Sequence record: KX130864
Direction: 5' to 3' (one strand)
DNA from: Shigella phage SHBML-50-1
Length of the DNA: 64,000 nt
The notes beneath the pieces were generated by a model. That model saw only the letters and a program-made list of their open reading frames with translations, made no database searches and had not been told where the DNA came from. Positions 20,526 to 30,146 of the stretch are shown here, piece by piece. The translations under genes and the position numbers were made by a program. Every line of letters starts with the position of its first letter. Within the stretch, counting starts at the first letter, position 1.

Positions 20526-22619
20526 TTATCCTTGAACGAACTTGTAAGGCATGTTTGTAATATCTATGCAAGACGCAATAATTCCAAGAGATGATTCTAC
20601 TTTTTGTTTAACATTTGATGAAACAAATGATGCAAAGTCAACTCTGTCTTCTATTTCAATATCACCTGTCATTGCAACTACTTCGCCGGTTTCCATTAGA
20701 CGGTCACCGTCATAAATTACTGATTCGGTGAGTTCTTCCGTAGTCATAACTTCAGCTTGAATGAGTTTTGTATTATTAGATGTTGTTCCGTCATTATTAG
20801 AAGCATCAGTTATTTTATTAACTTTGACCATCAATCCGCGTGGTAGAATAACTTCAGCTTCTGTTGCTATTCCGAGACTTCCTGGATATACAACATTAAC
20901 TTTATGAGCTCCATCAATTGCCCATCCTATTTGAACTTTAACGTATTCAGGATTTTCTTTATACGCTCTTATTTCGTTTGGATTAATAGTTATTCCTTCT
21001 TCATTTTTATCAACTGTCAATTCATTACGAGCTTCTGGTTCTAAAAGACCAATACCAGCATGCGTAATTCCAAAACGTCCAAAAATGATAGGAGTTAAAG
21101 AAGTAGATACAAAATTTCTGAAATAGAATACTTTATTTTTAACTAATGCTTCGTATATAGGAGCAGTCATGCTTTGAGCACGATAAACTGTAATGCCTTC
21201 TGGTATACGGTCACCGTTTTCAAAAGCTGAATCTAAGTTATTTATAGCAGATTCAATTTCTTTTTCACTCATTACATCATATCGTTCTGGATTGTAACGA
21301 CCCAAAAGAAGATTATTGATGTCAGTATATCCTGATCCACAATACTCTCTAATGCCGCGCTTTTGTGATGGAGTATATTTAGAACCATCACGGGCAATAG
21401 TAATATCAATCATTGGACCTGCACCAATTCCAGAAAAACTATAAATCATTCTTTTGAGGAATTTAGTTTTTGCTGCGTTCCAGGAATTTTTAGTCATTTC
21501 TTCCCAGACTTCATCTGGCTGCCCTTTACGAGTTTTATTATGTTTATCAAGCCAATTATCTTTATATTCTTCAAAGAGTTGATTAACAGCTGCTGCGTAT
21601 TTCTCTAAACATTTTATTGAAGTAGTTGGTTCATTTTTAATCGCATTAAGAATTACATCTTTAATTTTTTCTGAAACTTCATCAACCTCACTTTTTGAAA
21701 AGAATTTATAGTCATAGTGAAGTTCATCTGCAGTTCCTTCGGCAATAATTTTTGCTGCCTTAGTTTTAGAAGCTAATGAATTAATTCCAAGCTTCATTTC
21801 TTCTGCTTCGGGAATTAAAGGAGCGGTAGCAGGTTTATTAAAATTAGCTGCTGTAGATTCATACTTCTGGAATAATTCACTTTCAAATCTAGAAGATTCC
21901 AATGATTGACTTTGCGCAATTGCTCTACGGGAAATTTTAACTTTAACGATTACAGCTTGGTCAGAACGTTTATCATTTTCTTGTGCAATAGATGCTGCAA
22001 TTGCCTCATTTTTAGTTACTTGAGCTCCAGTATCTTTATTGATATAAACATCACCAACCTTCGATTCAACTTTAGTAAAGAGCTCGGTACTAATTTCAGG
22101 AACTCCTGGAATGTCTTCTAATGATACGTTTTTGCGATGTATAAGAATATATGCATACTTTTTATCGTAATCCCAGAGTTCCTTAAGAAGGACGTATCTG
22201 CCACCTGAACGACTACGGATAAGTCTATCAGCAATAACTTGAATTTGTCGAGCTTGGCCAGCAGTTTTAGACTTAAGAATACGAAGCATACAAGCATCAA
22301 TTTTATATTGACGCATTGTTTGCATTGCAACAGTAAAAACTGAATTGATATAATTAATTGGGCTTGGACCAAGACCTTTTAATTTAGCAATTGAACCTTT
22401 AGCAGTTAATGTAAAAGGAACAATATGCATCATTTTATCGCCCATCTTTAAATCACGATTAGTATCACCTCCAGATGTATAGGTACATAAACGAAAGCCT
22501 GGTTGTTCAATTGCATCATCAACATGAACTGAAAAAATTTGTGGTATTTTCTTCTTTGGATTTAAGTTTGTAATCGGAAGAGTAGTATCTTCGTCAAATA
22601 ATTCTGTAATGAGTTCCAT
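20526..22619 (-). CDS. alt: Alt ADP-ribosyltransferase, packaged head protein
   Basis: 697 aa from the second ATG (GAGAGGA SD); R (TVYRAQ), S-T-S (FVSTSL), E-x-E (TEAEVILPRG) motifs; late promoter upstream; adjacent to gene 30. Confidence 0.8.
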   Translation of the reverse strand: MELITELFDEDTTLPITNLNPKKKIPQIFSVHVDDAIEQPGFRLCTYTSGGDTNRDLKMGDKMMHIVPFTLTAKGSIAKLKGLGPSPINYINSVFTVAMQTMRQYKIDACMLRILKSKTAGQARQIQVIADRLIRSRSGGRYVLLKELWDYDKKYAYILIHRKNVSLEDIPGVPEISTELFTKVESKVGDVYINKDTGAQVTKNEAIAASIAQENDKRSDQAVIVKVKISRRAIAQSQSLESSRFESELFQKYESTAANFNKPATAPLIPEAEEMKLGINSLASKTKAAKIIAEGTADELHYDYKFFSKSEVDEVSEKIKDVILNAIKNEPTTSIKCLEKYAAAVNQLFEEYKDNWLDKHNKTRKGQPDEVWEEMTKNSWNAAKTKFLKRMIYSFSGIGAGPMIDITIARDGSKYTPSQKRGIREYCGSGYTDINNLLLGRYNPERYDVMSEKEIESAINNLDSAFENGDRIPEGITVYRAQSMTAPIYEALVKNKVFYFRNFVSTSLTPIIFGRFGITHAGIGLLEPEARNELTVDKNEEGITINPNEIRAYKENPEYVKVQIGWAIDGAHKVNVVYPGSLGIATEAEVILPRGLMVKVNKITDASNNDGTTSNNTKLIQAEVMTTEELTESVIYDGDRLMETGEVVAMTGDIEIEDRVDFASFVSSNVKQKVESSLGIIASCIDITNMPYKFVQG

Positions 22620-22642
22620 CATATCCTCTCTAGTGTTTATTC

Positions 22643-22650
22643 TATTTATA
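22643..22650 (-). promoter_or_regulatory. late promoter for alt
   Basis: TATTTATA on plus strand equals TATAAATA on minus, about 20 nt upstream of alt ATG. Confidence 0.6.
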
Positions 22651-22657
22651 AAATTAA

Positions 22658-22676
22658 AGGCCCGAAGGCCTTTAAT
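22658..22676. terminator. hairpin between the 62-aa ORF and alt
   Basis: aaaggccc-gaa-ggccttt palindrome. Confidence 0.5.
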
Positions 22677-22860
22677 AATCTATTGGTAAGAGAGTACGAT
22701 ATATTTCAAACTTTGGACCTTTTTCATAGGCATCAAATGTTTCTGTGAATTTATTATAAGCATATGCATCTACAAATTCGAGAATGACTTGTGATACAGA
22801 AGTAGAAACATCTCCACCTTCTTTTTGAGCAATGACAATTGTTTCTAAGTAAGCTTTCAT
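22672..22860 (-). CDS. hypothetical protein
   Basis: 62 aa ORF, ATGA overlap with gene 30 stop. Confidence 0.5.
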   Translation of the reverse strand: MKAYLETIVIAQKEGGDVSTSVSQVILEFVDAYAYNKFTETFDAYEKGPKFEIYRTLLPIDY

Positions 22861-24320
22861 AGACCAGTTACCTCATGAAAATCGCCAAATACATCCTCGA
22901 ATGTATTAGCTTTAGTTTTATCTTCACGTAAACGAATCGCAATCGGAAGAAATAATTTAACGTAATCGGTGCGGCCATCAGATTTTAACCAACCATTGCA
23001 TTCGCACTCTAGAATTTTTCCAATATAATAATTTTGGTTTTCCATAATGCGAGTACGGTCAAGTTCATGCGATTTTACACCGGCTTTATCTTTTAAGCCT
23101 GAACCAGCATTTACTTTAATTTTTCCACACTCTGATTCAAGAATAAATCCACCCGCTTTAGTAGGGTCTTTACGGTGAGGATAAATTCCTACAATTTTTA
23201 AATCAACATCAATTACTTCTTTAAATTTATAAAGATTTTTTGAACGAGCATTTTCCCATAATCCATCGATATTTTTGAGAATAATACCTTCAAGACCTTG
23301 GTCAATATACTTTTTATAAATTACCTTAGCTTCATCTAGGTTATTTACTACCTGGTTTTCAATTAAAATTACTTTATCATATCCTGATGTCATTTGTTCT
23401 AGTTTAGAAAAACGTACATCATATTTTAAACGAAACGCCGGAAGACCGTATATTTCTACCAACGGGACATAATCCCAAACCTGAAACTTCATGCATTGAG
23501 CTTCTTTTTCTGAAATAGTTCCCTTTAAAGATTTATTGGCGATGCCATTAGATGCAGTACGTGATTCAGCTACTTCGGCGAATTCTTTAGCTTTACTAAT
23601 TTCAGGATAAGCATCAAAAAGAAAATCTAGGCCTTCTGGCTCTTTTTTAACTTGCTCATGGTATACCAATTCGCCATCAATTAACACACCTTCTGGATGA
23701 ATCTGGCGGGCTTCAGCAGTCATTTTGATTAACTCTTCCTTAAGAAGATCTAATCCTAGATATTCATTACCCGCTCGTGATAAAAGACGAACATCATCTA
23801 ATTCATCGCCTCGGACTTCAGCAAAACACCGGGCTCCATCTGCTTTTAACTGCGCAAAGGCTGGAAACTTGATATTCTTACTAATGCCCTTTTCATCATA
23901 AGAACTTGCCAGCATTTGAGGTTGTTCAGGAATTAAACCTGGCCAAACTTTATTTGCAATAGATACTGAAGCACCGCATTCAAGGTCTCGCATCATCACT
24001 CGACGCAAAACTTCAACATCATCTTTTTTACCATCAGTGATATATCCAGTTAATTCCTCAATTGCAGCATTTCCAGTCAATTTCCGAGTAGCTAACGTGA
24101 ATTCAATGAAATCAAGCATATCGGTAATGGTCAGCATTCCAAAACTCTGGGTAGCAATACCAGGTTTAGGCCATTTCTTGATATAATACTGTAACCCACG
24201 AGAATAAGTCAGACGATATACTCGTTTAAGCAATTCATTATCTTTATTCTTTTCAAGAATTGCTTGCTTCTGCTTAGTTGAACCAATAGATGCTATTTCG
24301 TTTAGAATTTTAAGAATCAT
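22857..24320 (-). CDS. 30: ATP-dependent DNA ligase gp30
   Basis: 487 aa; adenylation lysine in FAQLKADGARCF (KxDG motif). Confidence 0.95.
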   Translation of the reverse strand: MILKILNEIASIGSTKQKQAILEKNKDNELLKRVYRLTYSRGLQYYIKKWPKPGIATQSFGMLTITDMLDFIEFTLATRKLTGNAAIEELTGYITDGKKDDVEVLRRVMMRDLECGASVSIANKVWPGLIPEQPQMLASSYDEKGISKNIKFPAFAQLKADGARCFAEVRGDELDDVRLLSRAGNEYLGLDLLKEELIKMTAEARQIHPEGVLIDGELVYHEQVKKEPEGLDFLFDAYPEISKAKEFAEVAESRTASNGIANKSLKGTISEKEAQCMKFQVWDYVPLVEIYGLPAFRLKYDVRFSKLEQMTSGYDKVILIENQVVNNLDEAKVIYKKYIDQGLEGIILKNIDGLWENARSKNLYKFKEVIDVDLKIVGIYPHRKDPTKAGGFILESECGKIKVNAGSGLKDKAGVKSHELDRTRIMENQNYYIGKILECECNGWLKSDGRTDYVKLFLPIAIRLREDKTKANTFEDVFGDFHEVTGL

Positions 24321-24586
24321 TGTTCATCCTTTAGAGTTTGGTTTACAGCTCTATTATAAATCAATTCATCATTAAGCTCAGTCAAAGACATGTGGTACGT
24401 GGTTCTAACTTTATTTCCTTGCATCCAGTGCTTGACGTAAATGAAACCTTGCTCTACACATTTTTTAAAAATTCGTTCGTCTTTTTGAGCTCGAAATTCT
24501 GGATTGCATCTAAAAAATTGATTTACGTGACCGTAATCACGTGTAGTATTACCTTCATTTTCATAAATAGTGTGAACGACAAACAT
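24317..24586 (-). CDS. hypothetical protein (30.1)
   Basis: 89 aa ORF overlapping neighbouring genes. Confidence 0.6.
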   Translation of the reverse strand: MFVVHTIYENEGNTTRDYGHVNQFFRCNPEFRAQKDERIFKKCVEQGFIYVKHWMQGNKVRTTYHMSLTELNDELIYNRAVNQTLKDEQ

Positions 24587-25422
24587 TAGAATGCTCCTTG
24601 GAAAATATTATCACCACCAGTAGGTCTATTATACAAATACTCTATGCCACCAGGTTTAATATAGTTCCATGTCTGAAACGGATGCGTCTGATATGGATGA
24701 TATGGATTATAAGGATTAAATCCAGGAGTTCTCCAGGTAGTATTCCAACGAAAAGAATCGTTTTTAATCATCTTCTCGATTGCATCTTTTATAGCTTTTT
24801 CACTATCAAAACTTTCTTTATTTTCCTTCGATGGAAAAAGCTTATTCTCTACATCATTCCATGTATAAACTCGCTGTGCAGTTTTTGGAATACTGTCACG
24901 CTCCCCTCGAGCCATCCAATAAACAGGAACATTTAATATTTCACTCGCGTGATCGCAGTGGTGAGCGAGATCGTCAATATAACAAATTACGTTATATTTC
25001 TCTTTTGCCTTTTTGAACAGCTCTTCTTTTGAAGAATCATGACTACACATCAGTACTTCTGAGAAGGCACCAGGAAAAAGAGCATTCAAATTAAATTGAC
25101 GATTCAGCAGAGCGTCAATAGAATCACCCAATGCTGTAACAGCTACAAAATTATAATCTTCTTTTAATTTGTTAATTACACACAGGGCATCTTTATATGG
25201 AGACAAGTAACGAATAAAATCTGAACGATTATATTTTTCAATTAACTTGACACCAAGTTCTTCATCACAATTAAAGAGTTTACCAGGAGAAATAAATTTC
25301 TCATCTTGGATCATTTTTAAAATATGTTCTAACGGAAGATTATATTTCTGAGCAAAATAAGGAAGGCCTGATTGCCAGCTTAAACATACTCCATCAATAT
25401 CAGTTAAAATAGTAGGCTTCAT
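24586..25422 (-). CDS. hypothetical protein (30.2), possible HAD-like hydrolase
   Basis: 278 aa; N-terminal ILTDIDGVCLSW resembles HAD motif I and YIDDLAH resembles motif IV. Confidence 0.6.
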   Translation of the reverse strand: MKPTILTDIDGVCLSWQSGLPYFAQKYNLPLEHILKMIQDEKFISPGKLFNCDEELGVKLIEKYNRSDFIRYLSPYKDALCVINKLKEDYNFVAVTALGDSIDALLNRQFNLNALFPGAFSEVLMCSHDSSKEELFKKAKEKYNVICYIDDLAHHCDHASEILNVPVYWMARGERDSIPKTAQRVYTWNDVENKLFPSKENKESFDSEKAIKDAIEKMIKNDSFRWNTTWRTPGFNPYNPYHPYQTHPFQTWNYIKPGGIEYLYNRPTGGDNIFQGAF

Positions 25423-25883
25423 AGAGAGTCTCTTAATAGGTTTAACACATCAATAAATTCAGCTTCGGTTAGTATTGTATCATCTTTTGTTAGACCACTA
25501 GCCATGCTGTGCTTCAAAACTTTTCCTTTCGAGGCTTGTAATGCATCACGAAAGCCCTTGTTTTGAATCGCTGCTTCAAAATATGCATTTGTGTATAATT
25601 CTTTCCACGCCGGGGAGTATCTTGAAAACGGAACTCCAAGCCAGAAGAGGGTCCCACGGTCCTGAGCTCTAGCATAAGACCTTCCAGCTTGTTGAGCGGC
25701 AAGCCCGGATAACCCAAATATACGACGTTGTTGTTCAACGTTTTTCACCTTGCATCCTTGGAGGAATCCTTCAAGACCTCCAAATTGAATACCATCCATA
25801 ACGAAAGGCCATTGGGCGAAATTACTTAATGCACATGATGGCCACCTAAAATTACTTCTAATCTCTAACTCAGACATTTTCAA
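25419..25883 (-). CDS. NADAR/YbiA-like (DUF1768) protein (30.3)
   Basis: 154 aa; LSNFAQWPFVMDGIQF...E..LQG.K resembles the conserved YbiA/NADAR N-terminal motif. Confidence 0.6.
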   Translation of the reverse strand: MKMSELEIRSNFRWPSCALSNFAQWPFVMDGIQFGGLEGFLQGCKVKNVEQQRRIFGLSGLAAQQAGRSYARAQDRGTLFWLGVPFSRYSPAWKELYTNAYFEAAIQNKGFRDALQASKGKVLKHSMASGLTKDDTILTEAEFIDVLNLLRDSL

Positions 25884-26076
25884 TGCTTATAATTTCAACA
25901 TCAGCCCAATGACCATAGCAAGGAAGACGAAATTCAACTGGCCAGTTAGGGTCCTTTTCTAATATAATAGACTCAACTCGTGGTTCTTCATGTTCATCAG
26001 TATATGGATTTTTATCTGTTACTTTATATGTGACCTTAATGTACTGAATTCCAAAAATCTTATTAATTATATTCAT
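25870..26076 (-). CDS. hypothetical protein (30.4)
   Basis: 68 aa ORF in operon. Confidence 0.5.
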   Translation of the reverse strand: MNIINKIFGIQYIKVTYKVTDKNPYTDEHEEPRVESIILEKDPNWPVEFRLPCYGHWADVEIISIENV

Positions 26077-26270
26077 ACTAATTCCTTTAATCCGTAAATA
26101 GGAGATAATTCATCACCCATGCGAAGGTCTTCATTTCCATCTACCCAGGAAACAATATAAGCCTCTTTTATTTGAATACCACTCCATTTAAATGGAGGTA
26201 GAACCTTAGAAATTAATCCAGGTATACCAACTCCCTTTAATTCAACAGTTTGGCCTAAAAAGAATTTCAT
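26073..26270 (-). CDS. hypothetical protein (30.5)
   Basis: 65 aa ORF, ATGA overlap. Confidence 0.5.
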   Translation of the reverse strand: MKFFLGQTVELKGVGIPGLISKVLPPFKWSGIQIKEAYIVSWVDGNEDLRMGDELSPIYGLKELV

Positions 26271-26557
26271 TAGAACCTCATCTGAAAACCGTGCGATTTA
26301 ACATTACCGCCACCAATATCAGAAATGTTAATTTCACGCGCAATTGAAGGGTCAATGTCAATTTCACGATTAAGTTTAGTGATAGCTAAAGTATCGCGCC
26401 CATTTACAGTACGGAACTCTAAAGGACATACTACATTAACGTAGTTTTTAATCGATTCACTGGTAGGTTGCAAATGAACAGGAAGGTCTTTAGGCGCCTT
26501 TGAGAAAACCACTTCACAGAAATTTTTGCGGGTATCAAAATAAGTAGTCATAAACAT
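26270..26557 (-). CDS. hypothetical protein (30.6)
   Basis: 95 aa ORF; GAGGAAA SD. Confidence 0.55.
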   Translation of the reverse strand: MFMTTYFDTRKNFCEVVFSKAPKDLPVHLQPTSESIKNYVNVVCPLEFRTVNGRDTLAITKLNREIDIDPSIAREINISDIGGGNVKSHGFQMRF

Positions 26558-26598
26558 AGTATTTTCCTCAGTAAGGGGCCGAAGCCCCTCATTTTATT

Positions 26599-26976
26599 TT
26601 AAATATCAAATTCGTTAAGAACTACATCAAAGATTGCTTCAAGATGCTCAGGTTTAGCTCTGTTACTCAGAATATGACGAATCCAAGTTTTAACCAGAAG
26701 CTTGCGATTAACGCCATTCCAGCAAGGATGAGTCCCTAAATCGCGTTGACGAAAATCATCATCCAAAGCGATTTTGAAGTTGGAACCTTCCATTGTGATT
26801 GAAACCGTGATACCGTTTTCAAATCGCATATAAACGTAATTAGGAGTCATATACTGTTCAATTTCGCATACTGAACCATTTTGATGTTTCCAGAGGCAAA
26901 TAGTATCAATAGAACCTGCAATACCATTAGAAACATATTTACGTTCAAAGTTAATGTAGTTCATTTTATTCTCCAA
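26599..26976 (-). CDS. hypothetical protein (30.7)
   Basis: 125 aa ORF with early promoter upstream. Confidence 0.55.
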   Translation of the reverse strand: MENKMNYINFERKYVSNGIAGSIDTICLWKHQNGSVCEIEQYMTPNYVYMRFENGITVSITMEGSNFKIALDDDFRQRDLGTHPCWNGVNRKLLVKTWIRHILSNRAKPEHLEAIFDVVLNEFDI

Positions 26977-26994
26977 GATGTTTAATTGCGGTAC

Positions 26995-27030
26995 AGGTAT
27001 ATAATATCATATCCTGTACCAAAGTAAACA
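26995..27030 (-). promoter_or_regulatory. early promoter for 30.7
   Basis: GTTTAC, spacer, TATTAT; inverted repeat ggtacagg/cctgtacc flanks the -10. Confidence 0.5.
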
Positions 27031-27031
27031 A

Positions 27032-27364
27032 TTATTTTACTACTTTCCAATGCTGCATGTCAAGTTTACCAACTTTTTTCATCTTCTCAATTAAGCGTTC
27101 GGCACGTTGGCGAGCTGTAACATAATACCATTCACCTAATTCATTTTGTTCAATTTTTCCAACGATTACTGTATTCAATTCATAAATCCAACCAGTAAAG
27201 AAATTATGAACTTGAATTGTAAAGGTGAAATCTGTTCCCATACCTTCTGTTGTTTCTACTTCAATAATATCACCTTCAACTGCCATTAAGAACCACATAG
27301 TTTCATCATATTTACCATTGAAGCATTTAGTTTTAACTGTAGCGTTCAGATTAATCGTTTTCAT
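27032..27364 (-). CDS. hypothetical protein (30.8)
   Basis: 110 aa ORF; AGGAG SD; early promoter upstream. Confidence 0.55.
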   Translation of the reverse strand: MKTINLNATVKTKCFNGKYDETMWFLMAVEGDIIEVETTEGMGTDFTFTIQVHNFFTGWIYELNTVIVGKIEQNELGEWYYVTARQRAERLIEKMKKVGKLDMQHWKVVK

Positions 27365-27384
27365 TTTATTCTCCTTTGTTTGTG

Positions 27385-27425
27385 TAAGATAATACTATCA
27401 CAAAGGAACCATACTGTAAACAACT
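27385..27425 (-). promoter_or_regulatory. early promoter for 30.8
   Basis: GTTTACA, 17 nt, TAGTAT. Confidence 0.5.
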
Positions 27426-27450
27426 TTATGCAATCTTTGGAAAATAAAAA

Positions 27451-27470
27451 AGGACTCCCGAAGGAGTCCT
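27451..27470 (-). terminator. terminator after 30.9
   Basis: aggactcc-cgaa-ggagtcct preceded on plus by an A-run. Confidence 0.65.
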
Positions 27471-27474
27471 CAAC

Positions 27475-27693
27475 TTATGCTTTCTGCTTACCAAAACGAG
27501 AAGCATCATCTCGAAGAACCGCACGTGCTCGGCGCATGATCTTCTCAACAGTTTGATTGATACGAGAGTTCGACCCACGCTTGTAGCCAGCGCGTTTAGA
27601 ATCACCAACTTTCTTTTCAACTGCTTTCTTTGCTTTAGCTTGTTTTGCCATTATAAATTCTCTTTTAAATGAAAATGCAGGACTTATTGGCAT
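27475..27693 (-). CDS. small basic protein (30.9); true start may be the internal ATG at 27651
   Basis: 72 aa ORF, Lys/Arg-rich; terminator hairpin downstream. Confidence 0.5.
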   Translation of the reverse strand: MPISPAFSFKREFIMAKQAKAKKAVEKKVGDSKRAGYKRGSNSRINQTVEKIMRRARAVLRDDASRFGKQKA

Positions 27694-27896
27694 TGCCTGC
27701 GCAAGCCCTCAAGGGGAACATAGGTTTTTGGATATTTAACGACCAGGATAACCATAAACCCGTCATCATTCACATTCAAGAGGTACACCGTAAAACTGCC
27801 GGGGTCTTAAAACTATAATGATTCGCAAATCATTAATCAGACAGTTCGACGGCTCCTCGATTTTAGCTCACACTAAGGCAGTGAATCTCCAATAAA

Positions 27897-28145
27897 TTAC
27901 TTCAGTGTTACCACAAAGTGACGAACTGCTTTTCGTGCAGCAGAAGCCAGAGGCTTAGCATATTTAAGTTCATCTTTTTCCTGAAGCTCAGCAGCTAATG
28001 CAGTTTGAGCAGGATTCAGATGTTTGAAATAACGCAGGATTTCAAGAGCTTCGGCTTCAACATCAATAGATGCGCCATAGTTTTCGTGACCATTATTCCA
28101 TGCGTTTCGTTGCAGTTCAAGAGCGTGTTGTAATTGTTTAATCAT
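27897..28145 (-). CDS. rIII: rIII lysis inhibition accessory protein
   Basis: 82 aa; position between gene 31 and the 30.x ORFs. Confidence 0.8.
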   Translation of the reverse strand: MIKQLQHALELQRNAWNNGHENYGASIDVEAEALEILRYFKHLNPAQTALAAELQEKDELKYAKPLASAARKAVRHFVVTLK

Positions 28146-28292
28146 TTAAAAATTCTCGTTAGAGATTAAAACTCGGTAGTCACGTTCTTCTGAATTTCAT
28201 CTTCTTTCGACAGATCTCTCAGTTGTAGACTACCACATAGAATTGTTCGGTTAACTTATTATTCCGACACCCAATTCATATTATTATTTATA

Positions 28293-28628
28293 TCACTTAT
28301 AAAGACACGGAATAGCTTTATAGTGACAAGTAACGAATTTTTGTTTAATTTCTTTTGGCTGCTTAAGACCCAGAGCTACAAAAGGATGCGGAACATTTCG
28401 AATTTGACCAACTGGAAGAGAAGTCAAATCACCAACTTCGCAGAAACCTTCAGGAACATCAGGACCGACAGAGTGAACTACACATAGTTCAGGAACTTCA
28501 CCTTGAACACGTTTACCGATAATAAGTCCTGATTCTGTAACTTCTTCATCACCGGCTTGTGCAGGTTCAGAAACTAAAATAACATATTCACCGACAGCAC
28601 GAATTGGTAGCTGTTGTACTTCAGACAT
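28293..28628 (-). CDS. 31: gp31 co-chaperonin (GroES analog)
   Basis: 111 aa, recognised sequence. Confidence 0.9.
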
Positions 28629-28684
28629 CGTTTTTCCTTTTTGTTAACAGATGAATTAATAATAACAAATAATTCTTAAAGCAT

Positions 28685-28993
28685 TTATTTACCAATAAAT
28701 TGGAGTAAATGCTCAACTTTCATACCATTAACAGAAATCAATTTGTCAATAGAAAAACCTCGCCACTCGCCAAGCTCAACATCAAATACTGGAATCATGT
28801 CAGTAGATTCTTTCCGAGCAGATTCAGTCAATTTACCAGTTTGCATGGTTGGCGTAAAGTCAGCATCGCGAGTACCTTTCATAGTACGAATAGTACCATC
28901 AGACTTTTCAAAAACTACGTTTGAAATACCCATGGACAATTTAGTTTTCAAAATTTCACGAATTGCCACTTTCTGTTCAGTTGTCAGTTTCAT
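28685..28993 (-). CDS. hypothetical protein (31.1)
   Basis: 102 aa ORF. Confidence 0.55.
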   Translation of the reverse strand: MKLTTEQKVAIREILKTKLSMGISNVVFEKSDGTIRTMKGTRDADFTPTMQTGKLTESARKESTDMIPVFDVELGEWRGFSIDKLISVNGMKVEHLLQFIGK

Positions 28994-29230
28994 TTATTTA
29001 CCTATTACAGTTTTAATATGAGTTGTTCCACGTTCTTTAAGGGTGGAAAGTAATTTTTGGCATTTTTCTAAATCAGATTTCCAACTATACGGTCTATCAA
29101 TACTAGTCCAATCAGTTTTATAATACTGTTTCCATTTAGAGAAAAAATATTTCTTATACTCTACAGCAAATGAAATATTCTCGTTAGAATAAGAACTAAT
29201 TGCTGTGAGTTGTACCAAACGAAATTTCAT
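28994..29230 (-). CDS. hypothetical protein (31.2)
   Basis: 78 aa ORF, overlaps cd start. Confidence 0.5.
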   Translation of the reverse strand: MKFRLVQLTAISSYSNENISFAVEYKKYFFSKWKQYYKTDWTSIDRPYSWKSDLEKCQKLLSTLKERGTTHIKTVIGK

Positions 29231-29811
29231 TATTCACCACAGAATTCGTTGATATTTTCCCAGTTTAACTTATTCAAGTTTTTCTTAGGAACATTAAACA
29301 CTTCAATACCCGCATTTCGCAGAATATCATCCCAGCCAGGTTTATTTTTATCGTATGTTTCACAATAAACCAGCTTTTTAATACCAGATTGAGCTATCGC
29401 TTTTGCACAATCTGGGCAAGGAGAAAGTGTTACATACATAGTAGCACCTTCAATAGAAGAACCATTTCGTGCAGCAAACAAAATTGCATTTAGTTCAGCA
29501 TGAATTTCATTTTTAGACGACCATTCCGAGTGAGCGCTACGGTGTTCTTTCGCCAAGACAAAGCGATCAGTTGAACCAAATGATACGCATTCAGGCTTAT
29601 GGCCTTGAATGATAGTATGTTTAGGCTTATTCAGCAACCAACCTTGCTCAGCAGCATAATCACAACAGTTCACACCTCCTGCCGGTGAACCATTATATCC
29701 GGTAGAAATAATACGTCCATTCTTTTCAATTACTGCTCCTACCTTCCAGGAGCAACATTTTGATTCTTGTGATACTAAATATGCAATTTGAAGTACTGTA
29801 CTCGCTTTCAT
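29230..29811 (-). CDS. cd: dCMP deaminase
   Basis: 193 aa; zinc-binding HAE...PCxxC deaminase motifs (HAELNAI, SPCPDCAKA). Confidence 0.93.
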   Translation of the reverse strand: MKASTVLQIAYLVSQESKCCSWKVGAVIEKNGRIISTGYNGSPAGGVNCCDYAAEQGWLLNKPKHTIIQGHKPECVSFGSTDRFVLAKEHRSAHSEWSSKNEIHAELNAILFAARNGSSIEGATMYVTLSPCPDCAKAIAQSGIKKLVYCETYDKNKPGWDDILRNAGIEVFNVPKKNLNKLNWENINEFCGE

Positions 29812-30146
29812 TTCATAATCACCAGATAAGCAGATTTAGCAGTTTCAACACGATAAATTTCGTGACGAAGTTTAGTTATACTTTTAATAACAGAACTAAT
29901 TATATTCTGCCCATCTTTAAAGCGGTTTTTCTTATCAATAAAAATTGCACCAGCCATCTTTTTGTGAAGCTCAACTGGATACTTCGTCACAATAATAGCA
30001 TCATACACAGAAGGATGAATACTATTCACTAGAGTGTCATTCATTAAAGTTATTCTAATGAACTGTGCTGTGTCAGAGTCAAGCGCTCTATGATCGCCAG
30101 TATCATTTTCAAGACAATTATCAATTATATCAGTTAAATTCATCAT
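29808..30146 (-). CDS. hypothetical protein (cd.1)
   Basis: 112 aa ORF, ATGA overlap. Confidence 0.5.
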   Translation of the reverse strand: MMNLTDIIDNCLENDTGDHRALDSDTAQFIRITLMNDTLVNSIHPSVYDAIIVTKYPVELHKKMAGAIFIDKKNRFKDGQNIISSVIKSITKLRHEIYRVETAKSAYLVIMK

